Shown: positions 29,553-40,588, counted from the first letter of the stretch. The stretch: DNA of 64,000 nucleotides from an uncultured candidate division Zixibacteria bacterium (GCA_963801605.1 CAWDFP010000007.1:1-64000), one strand, 5' to 3'. The notes: generated from the letters alone by a model not told the origin. Translations and numbers: made by a program.

Positions 29553-31038
29553 GTGGTTGTTGATATTTCCAATAATGTCAAAGCAATCAAGCAGGGAAAC
29601 CTGCTTGTCGTCGATGATGATCCTAATGTAGTTTCCATTTTGCTGGAAATGCTGGATGGGACCTCGTATAATCTCATCTCCGCTTATTCTGTTGCTGAGG
29701 CGCAAAGCATTATTCGTCGTCAGAATATCAGTATTGTCCTCACAGATCTTCTGTTGGGAGATGGCACCGGCGTTGAAATCCTGAAAGAAGCTCGACGGTT
29801 TCATCCCGATTCACAGATCATTCTGATGACCGGTCGACCCACGATTCAAAATGCTGTGGATGTTATTAAAGAAGGCGCTTATGATTATCTTGTAAAGCCA
29901 TTTGGTATGGAACGGGTGCGTATGACATTAGATCGTGCCGCCGAAAAAATTAGATTGGAACAGGAGAATATCAGGCTTAAAGAGCTGATGTCCTTCTATC
30001 AGATATCTGAGGCTATGGGGTCCATTATGGAACTTGATCCCCTTTTGGACTTAATCCTGACAACATCGATTAAGGAATTCGAGGCTGATTGCGCCGCAAT
30101 TTTCTTGACGGGAAACAACACTTCACAATTGGAGCTTCGTTCCTCGGTTGGCTTCGAGGATAACGACTTCGGTAAAATTGTTATGGAGCACTGCCAGGAG
30201 ATCTCCACTAAGATTGCTGACACTGGAGCCTCTCAAATATTTGATGATCCCGAGATTGAGTTTGAATGGGGCGAGCGTACTATTAAATCGTCGATGTGCC
30301 AGTTGCTGCTTGTGAAAGGTAAATTACTCGGGAACCATCGTAATTGTCCGCTATAATAACAACCACGCTTTTACCACCGGGCAGCTTACTGGGCTGGCTT
30401 TACTGGCGTCGAAAGCCGCAACGGCTGTCGAGAATTTCAATTTATATAAGAACTTGAAAAATACCTATCTGGCAACTGTTGAAGCGCTGGCTAATGCTGT
30501 CGAGGCTCGTGATTCCTATACTCGCGGCCATACTGAGCGAGTGTACTTGCTCTCTTATGCCATAGCAGAGGAGCTTGGTTGGACTCAGGAACAGCTTGGC
30601 GATCTCAAGATAGGCGCCCTTTTGCATGATATCGGTAAGATTGGCGTACCCGACTCCATCCTTAACAAGCCCGGGCCGCTTACACAAGCTGAAGCCGAAA
30701 TTATGAAAAAACATCCGATTACCGGCGCCAAAATGGTTGAATCGATTTCTTTCCTGAGGCCGTCTCTTCCTTATATACTCTATCATCACGAGAGACATGA
30801 TGGCATGGGCTATCCATCCGGATTGTCAGGCGACAACATTCCTCTTCCGGGACGGATACTTGCCGTGGTCGACACGATTGACGCTATGACATCCGACAGG
30901 CCGTACCGTAAGGGACGGTCCCTGGCTTTGGCTATGGATGAGATAAAAAACTATTCCGGAACGCAATTTAATCCCGCTGTGGTCAAGGCTTGCCTGTCAG
31001 CCTATGATAAGGGTAAGCTCAGTTTCCTTTTTCAATAG
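29553..31038 (+). CDS. REC-GAF-HD-GYP response regulator (c-di-GMP phosphodiesterase); apparent frameshift near 30331
   Basis: REC VVDDD..VLTD..YDYLVKP; GAF; ARDSYTRGH, LLHDIGK, HHERHDGMGYP, DAMTSDRPYR. Confidence 0.92.
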
Positions 31039-31057
31039 CATTCGATTTGCATAGAAA

Positions 31058-31113
31058 CGCCCGGGTTCCGCCTCCTGACCTAAAAGGTCAGGAGCAAGAA
31101 ATCCAATTGGCAA
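31058..31113 (+). repeat. Structured repeat copy A (56 nt)
   Basis: CGCCCGGGTTCCGC-[CTCCTGACCT-AAA-AGGTCAGGAG]-CAAGAAATCCAATTGGCAA. Confidence 0.85.
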
Positions 31114-31184
31114 ACCTGCAATGTGCGCTGTATAGTTCTATAATTTATTTATTAGAGATGCATATTTGATCAATTGATTGGGCG

Positions 31185-31240
31185 TTGCCAATCGGATTTC
31201 CGCGTCCCGATCGGAGATCGGAACGGGCGGAACCCGGGCG
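31185..31240 (-). repeat. Structured repeat copy B (56 nt), inverted relative to A
   Basis: Minus strand CGCCCGGGTTCCGCC-[CGTTCCGATC-TCC-GATCGGGACG]-CGGAAATCCGATTGGCAA. Confidence 0.85.
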
Positions 31241-31248
31241 AGATACTG

Positions 31249-32382
31249 TTACTTGTACCAGATTGGCACCGGCATAAAGCAGAGAATAAATGCTGCGATT
31301 CCGAGATACCCTACAAATCGCCTCGTTCGACCGATTGGAATTTCATCCATCAGCGTGGGAGGATGAGACGGTTTTAGTATAATGGCGATAAGCAGCCAGA
31401 GCGCCCAGCCGCTCCACCAGAATGAGAGTATCAGCAGACCAAGCATGGTAACATAAGCCATATATTTTTGGTATTTCCCGAAAAGCGCAAATATGATATG
31501 TCCGCCGTCGAGTTGACCTATGGGCAGCAGGTTAAACATCGTAACTAACAAGCCAACCCATCCTGCGAATGCGACGGAATTTGGAAGAAGCATCGACCCA
31601 TTTGGGATATTGCCTTTAATCAGGTAAATGATCAGGGTGTGCAGTATCGAATTCCCAAAAAAGATTTCTTCTCCTTTGACTGTTATGGGCATTAGAATTG
31701 AGCCGTTAATGCCTATTATCAAAACGATAATTGATATAACCAGACCTGCCAGGGGACCCGCTACGGCCACATCGAGAAGCTGCTTTTTATTTACAAACAC
31801 AGATTTGGATTTAATAAACGCGCCGAATGTCCCCAACATAGTGGGAGCAGGAATGAAATAGGGAAGTGTGACATTGACCTTATGAATCCTGGCGGCGGTA
31901 TAGTGTCCGAATTCATGAAAGAGCAAGATCGCAAGTAGAGAAAGAGAAAATGGCAATCCTCTGTGAATTACGGCGAGTGGGTCCTGGATCAAAATTCCCG
32001 GCCTGGCTATAATATCAATTCCATCCTGCCAGGCGCCTGCCAAAATAGTCGTCATTCCGGTGATTACGAACAATAAAAGATTTATCCAGGGGAATTTTCT
32101 TTTTTCAATTTGCCCCGGAGACATCAACCGTACAATCAATTCCGGTTCGGTAGAGATTACCTCCGCTTTATACCCTAAATATTCCAGCCTCGATTCTATT
32201 TCAATTCTCATACCCGAAAGCAGGATTATCGGTTTGCCTTTAAGCAGAATTTCACGCTTGGATACATAAACGGCTGTAACCTCGGCGATACCGATTAACG
32301 ATTCCGCTATTTGTTGCGTCATGTCGTACGTAATATCAACTTCCTTTATTTTCATACTAAAAAGTATCGCCCCATTAACCAA
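31249..32382 (-). CDS. Site-2 protease (M50) family intramembrane metalloprotease; start uncertain
   Basis: HEFGH, LPYFIP, GTFGAFI, AGPLAG, NLLPIGQLDGGH. Confidence 0.93.
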   Translation of the reverse strand: MVNGAILFSMKIKEVDITYDMTQQIAESLIGIAEVTAVYVSKREILLKGKPIILLSGMRIEIESRLEYLGYKAEVISTEPELIVRLMSPGQIEKRKFPWINLLLFVITGMTTILAGAWQDGIDIIARPGILIQDPLAVIHRGLPFSLSLLAILLFHEFGHYTAARIHKVNVTLPYFIPAPTMLGTFGAFIKSKSVFVNKKQLLDVAVAGPLAGLVISIIVLIIGINGSILMPITVKGEEIFFGNSILHTLIIYLIKGNIPNGSMLLPNSVAFAGWVGLLVTMFNLLPIGQLDGGHIIFALFGKYQKYMAYVTMLGLLILSFWWSGWALWLLIAIILKPSHPPTLMDEIPIGRTRRFVGYLGIAAFILCFMPVPIWYK

Positions 32383-32555
32383 TAATACTGTGATAATATA
32401 CGGTTTCTTTTATTATAGACAAACTCAGATTAATTGTTTGCCGTTCCTGTGTTTAATGCCCCCGATACCCCACGAATGATCGGCTAAAATTAAGATTGAC
32501 AATCATATCAACATGGTTATTTTACATTCAGCCAACTTTATAACGGGAGTTATTC

Positions 32556-35500
32556 ATGAAACGCCTTTGTTCAGCAGCTTTGTTCGCAATCATCCTCACC
32601 GGCGCAGTTATACTGCATGCGGAAATCTACAAACAAGTCAGGATATCCTATCCGGATAAGCCGGTATTATTAAAAATAGTTCAACTTGGACTGGAGCCGA
32701 TAGCCGGCCAGGCTGGGACTTATCTCGATTTTGCCATCCCGGAGCATGACATGCCCGGCTTTATTGGCCTGGGGATTCCTTATACCGTCATCCACGATGA
32801 TTTAACCGCTTTTTATCAAAGCCGCAATCCCGTTGGGACCACCATGGGTGGATATAGGACATTTCTCGAGATGGTCGCTGTAATGGATTCCCTGGCCAAC
32901 GCTTATCCAAACTTTTGCACGCCCAAATTTCATATTGCTACTACCACCGAGGGACGGTCAATTTGGGTGATGAAAATCTCTGATAATCCTAATATCGATG
33001 AGGACGAAACGGAGCTTTTTGTTTCGGGCCTGATTCACGCCAGAGAACCGATAACCGGAGAAATTTGCCTGGAGTTCATGAGATATATCTTAGTTAATTA
33101 CGGAACCGATGCTATCGCTACGGACCTTATCAATAATTATGAGCTATTTTTCTGCCCCGTTTTGAACCCCGATGGGTATGAATATAACCGGCAGACCGAT
33201 CCTGGCGGCGGAGGTATGTGGCGTAAAAACAGGCGCAATAATGGGGATGGTAGCTATGGGATCGATCTGAACCGCAATTTCAGCTATTTCTGGGGTTATG
33301 ACAATAATGGTTCTTCGCCTTATACTGGGGACGAAACCTATCGAGGCTTATCCCCGGCCTCGGAACCGGAGATCTCTGGTGTTCAGGATTTTATAAATAG
33401 CCATAATTTTGCATTAGTCCTTAATTATCATGCTTATGGTAATTACTTTTTATTTCCCTGGGGCTACTATGATGCCCAATGCGATGATTATAGTTTTTAT
33501 GATACCCTCGCCGCTTATGCCCAATCTGTGGGTTATAGCGTCGGAGCGCCGTGGCAGCTTCTATACAATACCAACGGTGATATAGGAGATTGGGGCTATG
33601 GCGAGGACAGACTCCATAAAAAAACCTTCTCTGAGGTAATCGAGGTCGGAGGCGATGCTGACGGTTTCTGGCCGCCGCAGAACCGTATCGCTCCCTTGAT
33701 CCAGCAAAATATCGGCATTATGAAAGATCTCCTGCCGCGAGGCCTGGCATCTTATAGACGAAGATTGCCTCAAATGCCAACCGTCGTATCGCCATCCGCA
33801 GCGACTCCTGACAGCCCATTCTACCTGCATTGGCAGGGCTCAACCACCGACACTTTCAACCTGGCAACCAGCTATCGAGTCACCACGCTGGCCGATTATT
33901 CTCGTGCTACTCAGACTTTCGAAACAACTTCAGGGTACTCCCTTGATGGTTTTACTCGAAATAACACCATTCGTCATAGCGGGACTTACAGCGCCTTCTC
34001 CGGAACCGGAGTAAATAATATCCGCTATTACGTAACCATAGCGGAGCGACTTAAAGTCCAGGACGGGGACAGCCTGACTTTCTGGACCCGCTACAGTCTC
34101 GAACCCGATTACGATTACGCCTATGTACAGGTCTCAACCGATGGCGGTGTCTCCTGGTGGGAAATTGAGGGTAACCTTTCGACGACAACGAATCCTCATC
34201 GGCACAACAAGGGATTTGGAATTACTGGAAGCTCCAGCGGCAACTGGGTACGGGGAGTCTTTCCGTTGGGGACTTATGCCGGTCAGGAAATTAAAATCCG
34301 ATTTGCATACTGGACTGACGCCAGTGTTACCAGCGATGGAATTTATATTGATGACATTTACCCCTGCGATACCTATGCCACCTCTGCAGTCCTTGCCGAA
34401 AATGTTAATGCTGAGAGTTTGCTAGTGGGGCCATATGTCTTGGGAACTCGATGGTTTAAGGTCGAGTCTCGCGACGCTAACTCGCAAATTGGACCGCCGT
34501 CGGAGAGATTTCAAGTATCGCTCCAGGGGGATGTTTTTGCTTTGAATGGCCACGTGGCATTATCAAATTCGCCCGGAGATTTATCGGGAACTATCGTTAG
34601 TATAACCTCATTAGGCCTTGCAGATACAACCGATACTTCAGGCAGCTACAGTCTTCAAACGATTCCGCAGGGAACCTATAATATCAATGCTGCCCATGCT
34701 GGATATTATCCCGACACGGTTTTCGCCTTCGTCCTATCCCATGATAGTACCTTAAGCTTTAATCTCGAACATCATGCCCCCGACGACTCCCGGGCTTAAT
34801 CTTCCTGCCAACAATTCAACACTTGATACGGCTTATGCTAACTTTGATTGGTCCGATGTTCCAACTGCCGACCGCTATGTGTTTGAACTAGCTGGAGATC
34901 AAAACTTCACAAATATTATCTTTTTCGATTCCACGCTAACAAACTCCAACTACCAAAATACAAATCCTTTTGCCAACGGGTCATTCTATTGGAGAGTAAC
35001 GGCCTTCAATCAGGCAGGCTACTCCTCGCGCTCGACGGCCTGGAGATTTAATATCAACGTGATTCTGCAGGCGCCAGTCTTAATCGCTCCAATCAATAAC
35101 TTTGTGTCAACCTTGCCATTTATCAATTTCAATTGGAATAGCCTGGGACAAGGAGTCCAATATTTATTCGAGCTTTCCCGGAATCAGCAATTCACCGATA
35201 TGGTTATCGTCGATTCGGCCCTGACTACCGCCAATTTCACGAATGCCTCGCCGCTCGCAAACGGCGTTTATTTCTGGCGTATAAAAGGCACGGATGGAGT
35301 ACGATGGTCGCCATATTCGGATATTTGGGGCTTTTCCGTTGATGCCGGGGGCAGCTATATTCCCGGCGACGCTAATAATTCTGGTGTGGTAAATGGGCTT
35401 GATGTTATTTATCTTGTAAATTACTTGAAAGGAGGGGGACCAGCGCCCTCACCTTACTTGGCAGGGGATGCCAACGGCAGTTGCGACGTTAACGGTCTTG

Positions 35501-35568
35501 ATGTTGTATATCTGGTGAACTTCTTCAAAGGCGGACCCTTTCCATTCGGAGGCGATTGTAAGGATTAG
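32556..35568 (+). CDS. Secreted M14 zinc carboxypeptidase (carboxypeptidase T-like) with immune-inhibitor-A-like, carboxypeptidase-regulatory and Ig/FN3-like domains and a C-terminal dockerin-like domain; apparent frameshift in the C-run at 34777-34781
   Basis: Signal peptide; HARE, NPDG, WRKNRR, GIDLNRN, YRG..SEPE, YHAY; YDYAYVQVSTDGG; two YWRV/FWRI repeats; duplicated GDAN.S..VNGLDV.YLVN..KGG. Confidence 0.9.
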
Positions 35569-35569
35569 G

Positions 35570-35596
35570 TCAATTTCGGGCGCTGTCTGCCGAATA
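35570..35596 (+). promoter_or_regulatory. Sigma28 (FliA)-like promoter
   Basis: TCAA-N15-GCCGAATA, 9 nt before the ATG at 35606. Confidence 0.5.
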
Positions 35597-35605
35597 ATTT
35601 CTTAG

Positions 35606-36955
35606 ATGGCAGATTTAGAAGAACGTGATAAAAAAATAGACCCGGTCGCCAAGCCGGGCCTCGAGGAATCACCGGTCGCAAACCATATTGGCGTCCTTAC
35701 CGACGCCAACAAAAGTCTGCGGCGCAAAATCTTCGATCTTTATACTATTTTCGAAATTTCGCGGCATCTCAATTCCATGCTGAATGTGGAATCGCTTCTT
35801 GATGCCACTCTGTTTACCTGTATCGGCCAGATGGGAGTTGCTGGCGCCGCCATCATTGTTCAGGACCCCAAAGATAACAAACTATCGCATTTTCATTTTA
35901 AGGGATTGACCCTGCCCAAAGACGTTTCTATCAAGTTTTCCCGGGTGGGCCGGCTGGCTCGCCATCTGCAGCGCGTTGGCCAGCCCCAGCTAATCGGCGA
36001 ATTGGATGAAGCTGTCCCGCCCGATACCGAGGATTATTCCAAGCTGAGAATCGTTGAGGCCGAGCTTATCGTGCCGCTTATTTCCAAGGCGAATCTGTTG
36101 GGAATACTATTTTTGCCCCGCAAACTTTCGGGCCTGCCATATCAGGAAAACGATTTAGAATTTGTTTCCATTCTGGTGAATCAGCTAAGCGTGGCAATCG
36201 TTAATGCGCATCTTTATCAGAGCGAAACGGACGCCCTGGTAGAGCTCCGGTCGGCCCAAAAGAGGTTAATTGAATCTGAAAGACTGGCCGCCTTGGGACG
36301 GTTGGCCGCCTCGATCGCACATGAAGTCAATAATCCGCTGGGAATAATAAAAAATTACCTGACGATCATATCAAAATCAGCGGGAGCTTCCGACGATATT
36401 AAAAGCAATATTGCCGTAGTTCACGAGGAGGTTGACCGTATCGCCAGGATCGTCCGGCAATTGCTCGATTTCTACCGCCCGGCCCTGGAGCAGCAGGTGG
36501 AAATTAATGTCATCGAGGTTCTTAACTCTACTTTGGATCTAACCGCCCAAAAACTTCATAGCCAGGATATTCAGATAATTCGGAATTTCGAACAGGGTGA
36601 CATTAAAGTTAATGGCTCGCCCAATAAATTAAAACAGGTATTCCTTAATCTGATCCTCAACTCTCGCGATGTTATGCCGCAGGGGGGAAGCCTTACCGTG
36701 ACTGCAATTCGTCGCGATGGTTTTGCCGAAATTGATTTTTCCGATACCGGAACAGGAATAGAATCAACTGAATTACCTCATATCTTTGAGCCATTCTATA
36801 CCACCAAAAAAGAATCAGGTACCGGATTGGGCCTGGCCGTTTGCCATGGAATTATAACATCCCATAACGGCACTATCTCGGCATTCAACAACGGTAATGG
36901 CGGGGCTACGTTCACCATAAAATTGCCACTTTCAACCAAGATAAAAAATGACTGA
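35606..36955 (+). CDS. Cytoplasmic GAF-domain histidine kinase (NtrB-like)
   Basis: H-box SIAHEVNNPL, N-box QVFLNLILNS, DTGTGI, FEPFYTTK, GTGLGL. Confidence 0.93.
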   Translation: MADLEERDKKIDPVAKPGLEESPVANHIGVLTDANKSLRRKIFDLYTIFEISRHLNSMLNVESLLDATLFTCIGQMGVAGAAIIVQDPKDNKLSHFHFKGLTLPKDVSIKFSRVGRLARHLQRVGQPQLIGELDEAVPPDTEDYSKLRIVEAELIVPLISKANLLGILFLPRKLSGLPYQENDLEFVSILVNQLSVAIVNAHLYQSETDALVELRSAQKRLIESERLAALGRLAASIAHEVNNPLGIIKNYLTIISKSAGASDDIKSNIAVVHEEVDRIARIVRQLLDFYRPALEQQVEINVIEVLNSTLDLTAQKLHSQDIQIIRNFEQGDIKVNGSPNKLKQVFLNLILNSRDVMPQGGSLTVTAIRRDGFAEIDFSDTGTGIESTELPHIFEPFYTTKKESGTGLGLAVCHGIITSHNGTISAFNNGNGGATFTIKLPLSTKIKND

Positions 36956-39038
36956 ACGAAGAATACTTGTCATAGATGATGAACCTCGCATGGTGGATAG
37001 CCTGAAGACTCTCCTGACTATGGAAGGGTACCAGGTTATCGGCGAACATGATCCTCAAAAAGCCCTCAAGCGTCTTGATGAACTGGATTTCGATCTTATT
37101 ATTACTGATATAAAAATGCCGGTGTATGATGGTATAGATATCCTTACTCGCGCTCACTCCAAAGACCCCTTTATGGGTGTGATCCTTATCACCGGCTACG
37201 CCTCCCTCGACAGCGCCAGGCTGGCAATCGATAAGGGCGCCTTTGGCTACTTGACTAAGCCCCTGGAAATGGATGAGCTGAAGTTAGCCGTTGCTCAGAG
37301 TATCGAGAAACGCCAGATCGAACTCGAGCGTTTGAAGCTCTTGAATGAGCTTAAAGTAGCGAATGAGACTCTTGAGCTTAAGTTGGCTCAAATCAATGCC
37401 TTATCGGCGGCGGGCAATCTCCTGGCCACAACCATCGATCTTAGGGAGGCTCTAACCTCAATCCTCTCCTTGGCCATTGACGTCATTGGCGCCAAGATGG
37501 GTTCTGTAATGATTCTGGACCCCCATAAAAGCGAGCTCTATATCGGTGCGTCTTGCGGCCTGGAGGACAGCGTGGTGCAATCTACCAGGATGAAGGTTGG
37601 CTCTTCTATTTCGGGTTATGTAGCTCAAACCGGTCGGGCGCTCATAATCGGTGATATCGAAAAAGATCCCAGGTTTGCCCGCATCAACCGTCAAAAATAC
37701 GAATCTAAATCGCTGATTTCGGTACCGCTTATTTATAAAGATCAGATCTTCGGAGTCATCAATCTCAATAATAAACTTAACGGTAAGCCGTTTACTCAGG
37801 ACGATCTTTCGATGTTAGTCTCATTGGGCCTTCCGGCGGCGGTGGCTATCGACCGGGCCAATCTTATCGCCGACAAGACTCGGACTATCAATGAACTGAC
37901 CGTTCTTCACGGCCTGGCGGAGAAAGTTTCGATGCTTGATGATCCGGCCAAAATCGGGCAGGCAACATTTGAGGGTTTAGAGCAGCTATTTAATATCGAG
38001 TTTATTATATGGTATGATTATTATGAACGGGGCGGTCAATTACAATTGGAGTTTTCCTTCGGGAAATTGCCGAATAAAACTATCCCGCCATCGGTCAGGA
38101 CCATTGAGTTGGGACATGAACCGATTGTATTGGGAGATAAATCTAATATTCAATCGATGGAAACAGCGTTAGCGGAAAATATCAGGAATTTTGTAGGCGA
38201 CTATCAGGCTCAGATTATTCCACTTTCGATCTTTTTGAAACGTTCACTCGCGGGTGTGGCTGTTCTGGCTTTCCCGGCCGATTTTCAATTCACATCAACT
38301 CTTAAGGAATTGGCGGTCTTAGCCCTTTCGCAGACTGCCGCCATCTACCAGCGCCAGCGCGCCGTGCTCAATGCTGCCCAGTTAGTCACTATGGGCAAGC
38401 TCCTGGCCGATATCGGTCACGACCTTAGAAAACCCTTGACTAATCTTAAGGGAAGTATTCAAATTTATAAAGACAAGATCGAGGGTAAAAAGGCCAGGGA
38501 GTTCTTTCCGGAAGCTGAAAAAGAGGTTAACCGCTTGTCGGAATTGGTCAAGGAAATGGTTGAGTTCGCCAATCCCAATAAATACCAGACCCGCAAGGTC
38601 TGTATTACCGATCTTTTGGAAAAGAGTCTGGATCTCCTAAAATCCGATGTAAAAAATAAGGAGATCAAGATTGTCCGCGAGTACGAACCGGGCTTGCCCT
38701 CAGTTATGGTTAACGAACGAGAAATGTATCAGGTTTTCGTTAACATTATCCTAAATGCTGTCGATAGTATGGAGACAGGGGGGACGCTCGGGCTGAAGTG
38801 TGAACTTGTGTCAAATGATGGCGAAAATTGGATTCGATTGCATGTGGAAGATACCGGTTGCGGGATACCAGAGGACAATTTGAACCGTATTTTTGATCGA
38901 TATTTCACCACCAAACAATCCGGCACCGGGTTGGGCCTGGCAATTGTAGAAAGAATTATTTCAGTGCATAATGGTAAGATAAACGTTAAAAGTGAAGTCG
39001 GAAAAGGCACGGCGATAACAATCGATCTAAGCGTATGA
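36948..39038 (+). CDS. Hybrid REC-GAF-(GAF)-histidine kinase
   Basis: N-terminal REC (LVIDDE, ITDIKMP, YLTKP), GAF (DPRF, SLISVPL), H-box IGHDLRKPL, HATPase boxes. Confidence 0.93.
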   Translation: MTERRILVIDDEPRMVDSLKTLLTMEGYQVIGEHDPQKALKRLDELDFDLIITDIKMPVYDGIDILTRAHSKDPFMGVILITGYASLDSARLAIDKGAFGYLTKPLEMDELKLAVAQSIEKRQIELERLKLLNELKVANETLELKLAQINALSAAGNLLATTIDLREALTSILSLAIDVIGAKMGSVMILDPHKSELYIGASCGLEDSVVQSTRMKVGSSISGYVAQTGRALIIGDIEKDPRFARINRQKYESKSLISVPLIYKDQIFGVINLNNKLNGKPFTQDDLSMLVSLGLPAAVAIDRANLIADKTRTINELTVLHGLAEKVSMLDDPAKIGQATFEGLEQLFNIEFIIWYDYYERGGQLQLEFSFGKLPNKTIPPSVRTIELGHEPIVLGDKSNIQSMETALAENIRNFVGDYQAQIIPLSIFLKRSLAGVAVLAFPADFQFTSTLKELAVLALSQTAAIYQRQRAVLNAAQLVTMGKLLADIGHDLRKPLTNLKGSIQIYKDKIEGKKAREFFPEAEKEVNRLSELVKEMVEFANPNKYQTRKVCITDLLEKSLDLLKSDVKNKEIKIVREYEPGLPSVMVNEREMYQVFVNIILNAVDSMETGGTLGLKCELVSNDGENWIRLHVEDTGCGIPEDNLNRIFDRYFTTKQSGTGLGLAIVERIISVHNGKINVKSEVGKGTAITIDLSV

Positions 39039-40438
39039 AAGATGCAACCAACAATCTCGTGAATATCCTCGTAATCGATGATGATCCCAAGGTCTCCTGG
39101 ATTCTATCCGAAGGATTGGGACAAGATTATTGTATCGATAACGCCAGGGATGGCAAAGAGGGGATAAACAAAATTACAAAAACGCCGGCGGGCAAACGGC
39201 CCGAATTGGTATTGCTCGATATCCAGATGCCGGGCATGAACGGCATCGATGTTTTGGAGAAAATTCGAGGAATCGATGAAAATGTCGATGTGATTATGCT
39301 ATCCGGCCACGGCGATACCAAAAACATAGTTGAATCTGTTCGTCGTGGCGCCGCCGAGTTTATCAACAAACCGTTCGATGTACGCGAGGTTGAAATCCAT
39401 ATCCGTTCGGTATTGGAGAAACGCAAACTCAAAGCCGAGCTCTCCCAGCTTCAGGAACGCCTGCGGGAAAGTCAAACCGAGGCCCTTATTGGCGATTCAC
39501 AATCTATGGCCGATGTCCGTAGCCTGATAGAGGAAGTTGCCAATTCGGATCTCACCGTGCTCATTCGCGGCGAATCGGGGACCGGTAAAGAAATTGTAGC
39601 CCGCATGATTCATTCCCGCTCAACGCGCCGTCATGAACCGTTCGTTAAGGTTAACTGCGCCGCGATCCCCCGCGATTTGCTGGAGGCCGAGCTTTTCGGA
39701 TATGAAAAAGGAGCCTTTACCGGCGCCCACAAAACCAAACCCGGACGATTCGAGGTCGCCAATAAAGGAACCATGTTCCTCGATGAAATCGGAGATATGC
39801 CTCTGGAGCTGCAATCAAAGCTGCTTCAGGTACTCGAACAGCAGGAGTTCGTCAGGGTGGGCGGCATCAATAATATTCATGTCGATGTTCGAATTGTGTG
39901 CGCCACCAATAAAAATCTCGAGGATGCTATTTCGCAGGGCGCCATGCGGGATGATCTCTTTTATCGACTTAATGAGATTACCATCAGCTTGCCGCAGCTT
40001 AGAAACCGCCGCGGAGATATCCCGTTGTTAGTCGACCATTTCCTTGAAAAGCTTTCGATTCTCTATGGTAAGCCGCGTAAAGAAATCAAACCTGAGACCA
40101 TGCGTTTACTGCAGGCATTCGATTGGCCTGGCAATGTCCGGCAGCTTGAAAATCTTATCAAGCAGATCGTGGTGCGTTCCGACGAAAATATCATTTATGA
40201 CACTCTCAAAGGACCTATCCCCAATCCCGGCGGCCGCAAAGGTCCGATTCTCGATATAGACGATGACGATTTTACCATGAAAGGCAAGGTTGAAAGCGCC
40301 ATTTCCGAGGTTGAGAAGATTATGATTACAAAGGCGCTTCATAAAACCAACTGGAATCGCCGAAAAGCGGCCAAACTCCTTGATATCAGCTACCGGTCGC
40401 TGTTATACAAAATCAAGGACTATAAAATAATCGATTAA
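39035..40438 (+). CDS. Sigma54-dependent NtrC-family response regulator
   Basis: REC LLDIQMP, GESGTGKE, ELFGYEKGAFTGA, FLDEIG, WPGNVRQL, Fis-type HTH. Confidence 0.96.
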   Translation: MKDATNNLVNILVIDDDPKVSWILSEGLGQDYCIDNARDGKEGINKITKTPAGKRPELVLLDIQMPGMNGIDVLEKIRGIDENVDVIMLSGHGDTKNIVESVRRGAAEFINKPFDVREVEIHIRSVLEKRKLKAELSQLQERLRESQTEALIGDSQSMADVRSLIEEVANSDLTVLIRGESGTGKEIVARMIHSRSTRRHEPFVKVNCAAIPRDLLEAELFGYEKGAFTGAHKTKPGRFEVANKGTMFLDEIGDMPLELQSKLLQVLEQQEFVRVGGINNIHVDVRIVCATNKNLEDAISQGAMRDDLFYRLNEITISLPQLRNRRGDIPLLVDHFLEKLSILYGKPRKEIKPETMRLLQAFDWPGNVRQLENLIKQIVVRSDENIIYDTLKGPIPNPGGRKGPILDIDDDDFTMKGKVESAISEVEKIMITKALHKTNWNRRKAAKLLDISYRSLLYKIKDYKIID

Positions 40439-40571
40439 GCTGTCAATTACGCGATCCCATTGACTTCGTAAAATATTAGCCTTCAGGTTATCCGCTATAA
40501 ATCATTGTATTATAAGGCTGTTATCATTATTCATATTGAAAAAAAGAGCCAATCCGGACATTTATATGAAA

Positions 40572-40588
40572 GTTTTTGCATTTTGCAA
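40572..40588. promoter_or_regulatory. Candidate enhancer/operator, copy 2 (GTTTTTGCATTTTGCAA)
   Basis: TTTTGCA-TTT-TGCAAAA dyad about 135 nt upstream of a sigma54 promoter; 16/17 match to 29364-29380. Confidence 0.5.
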
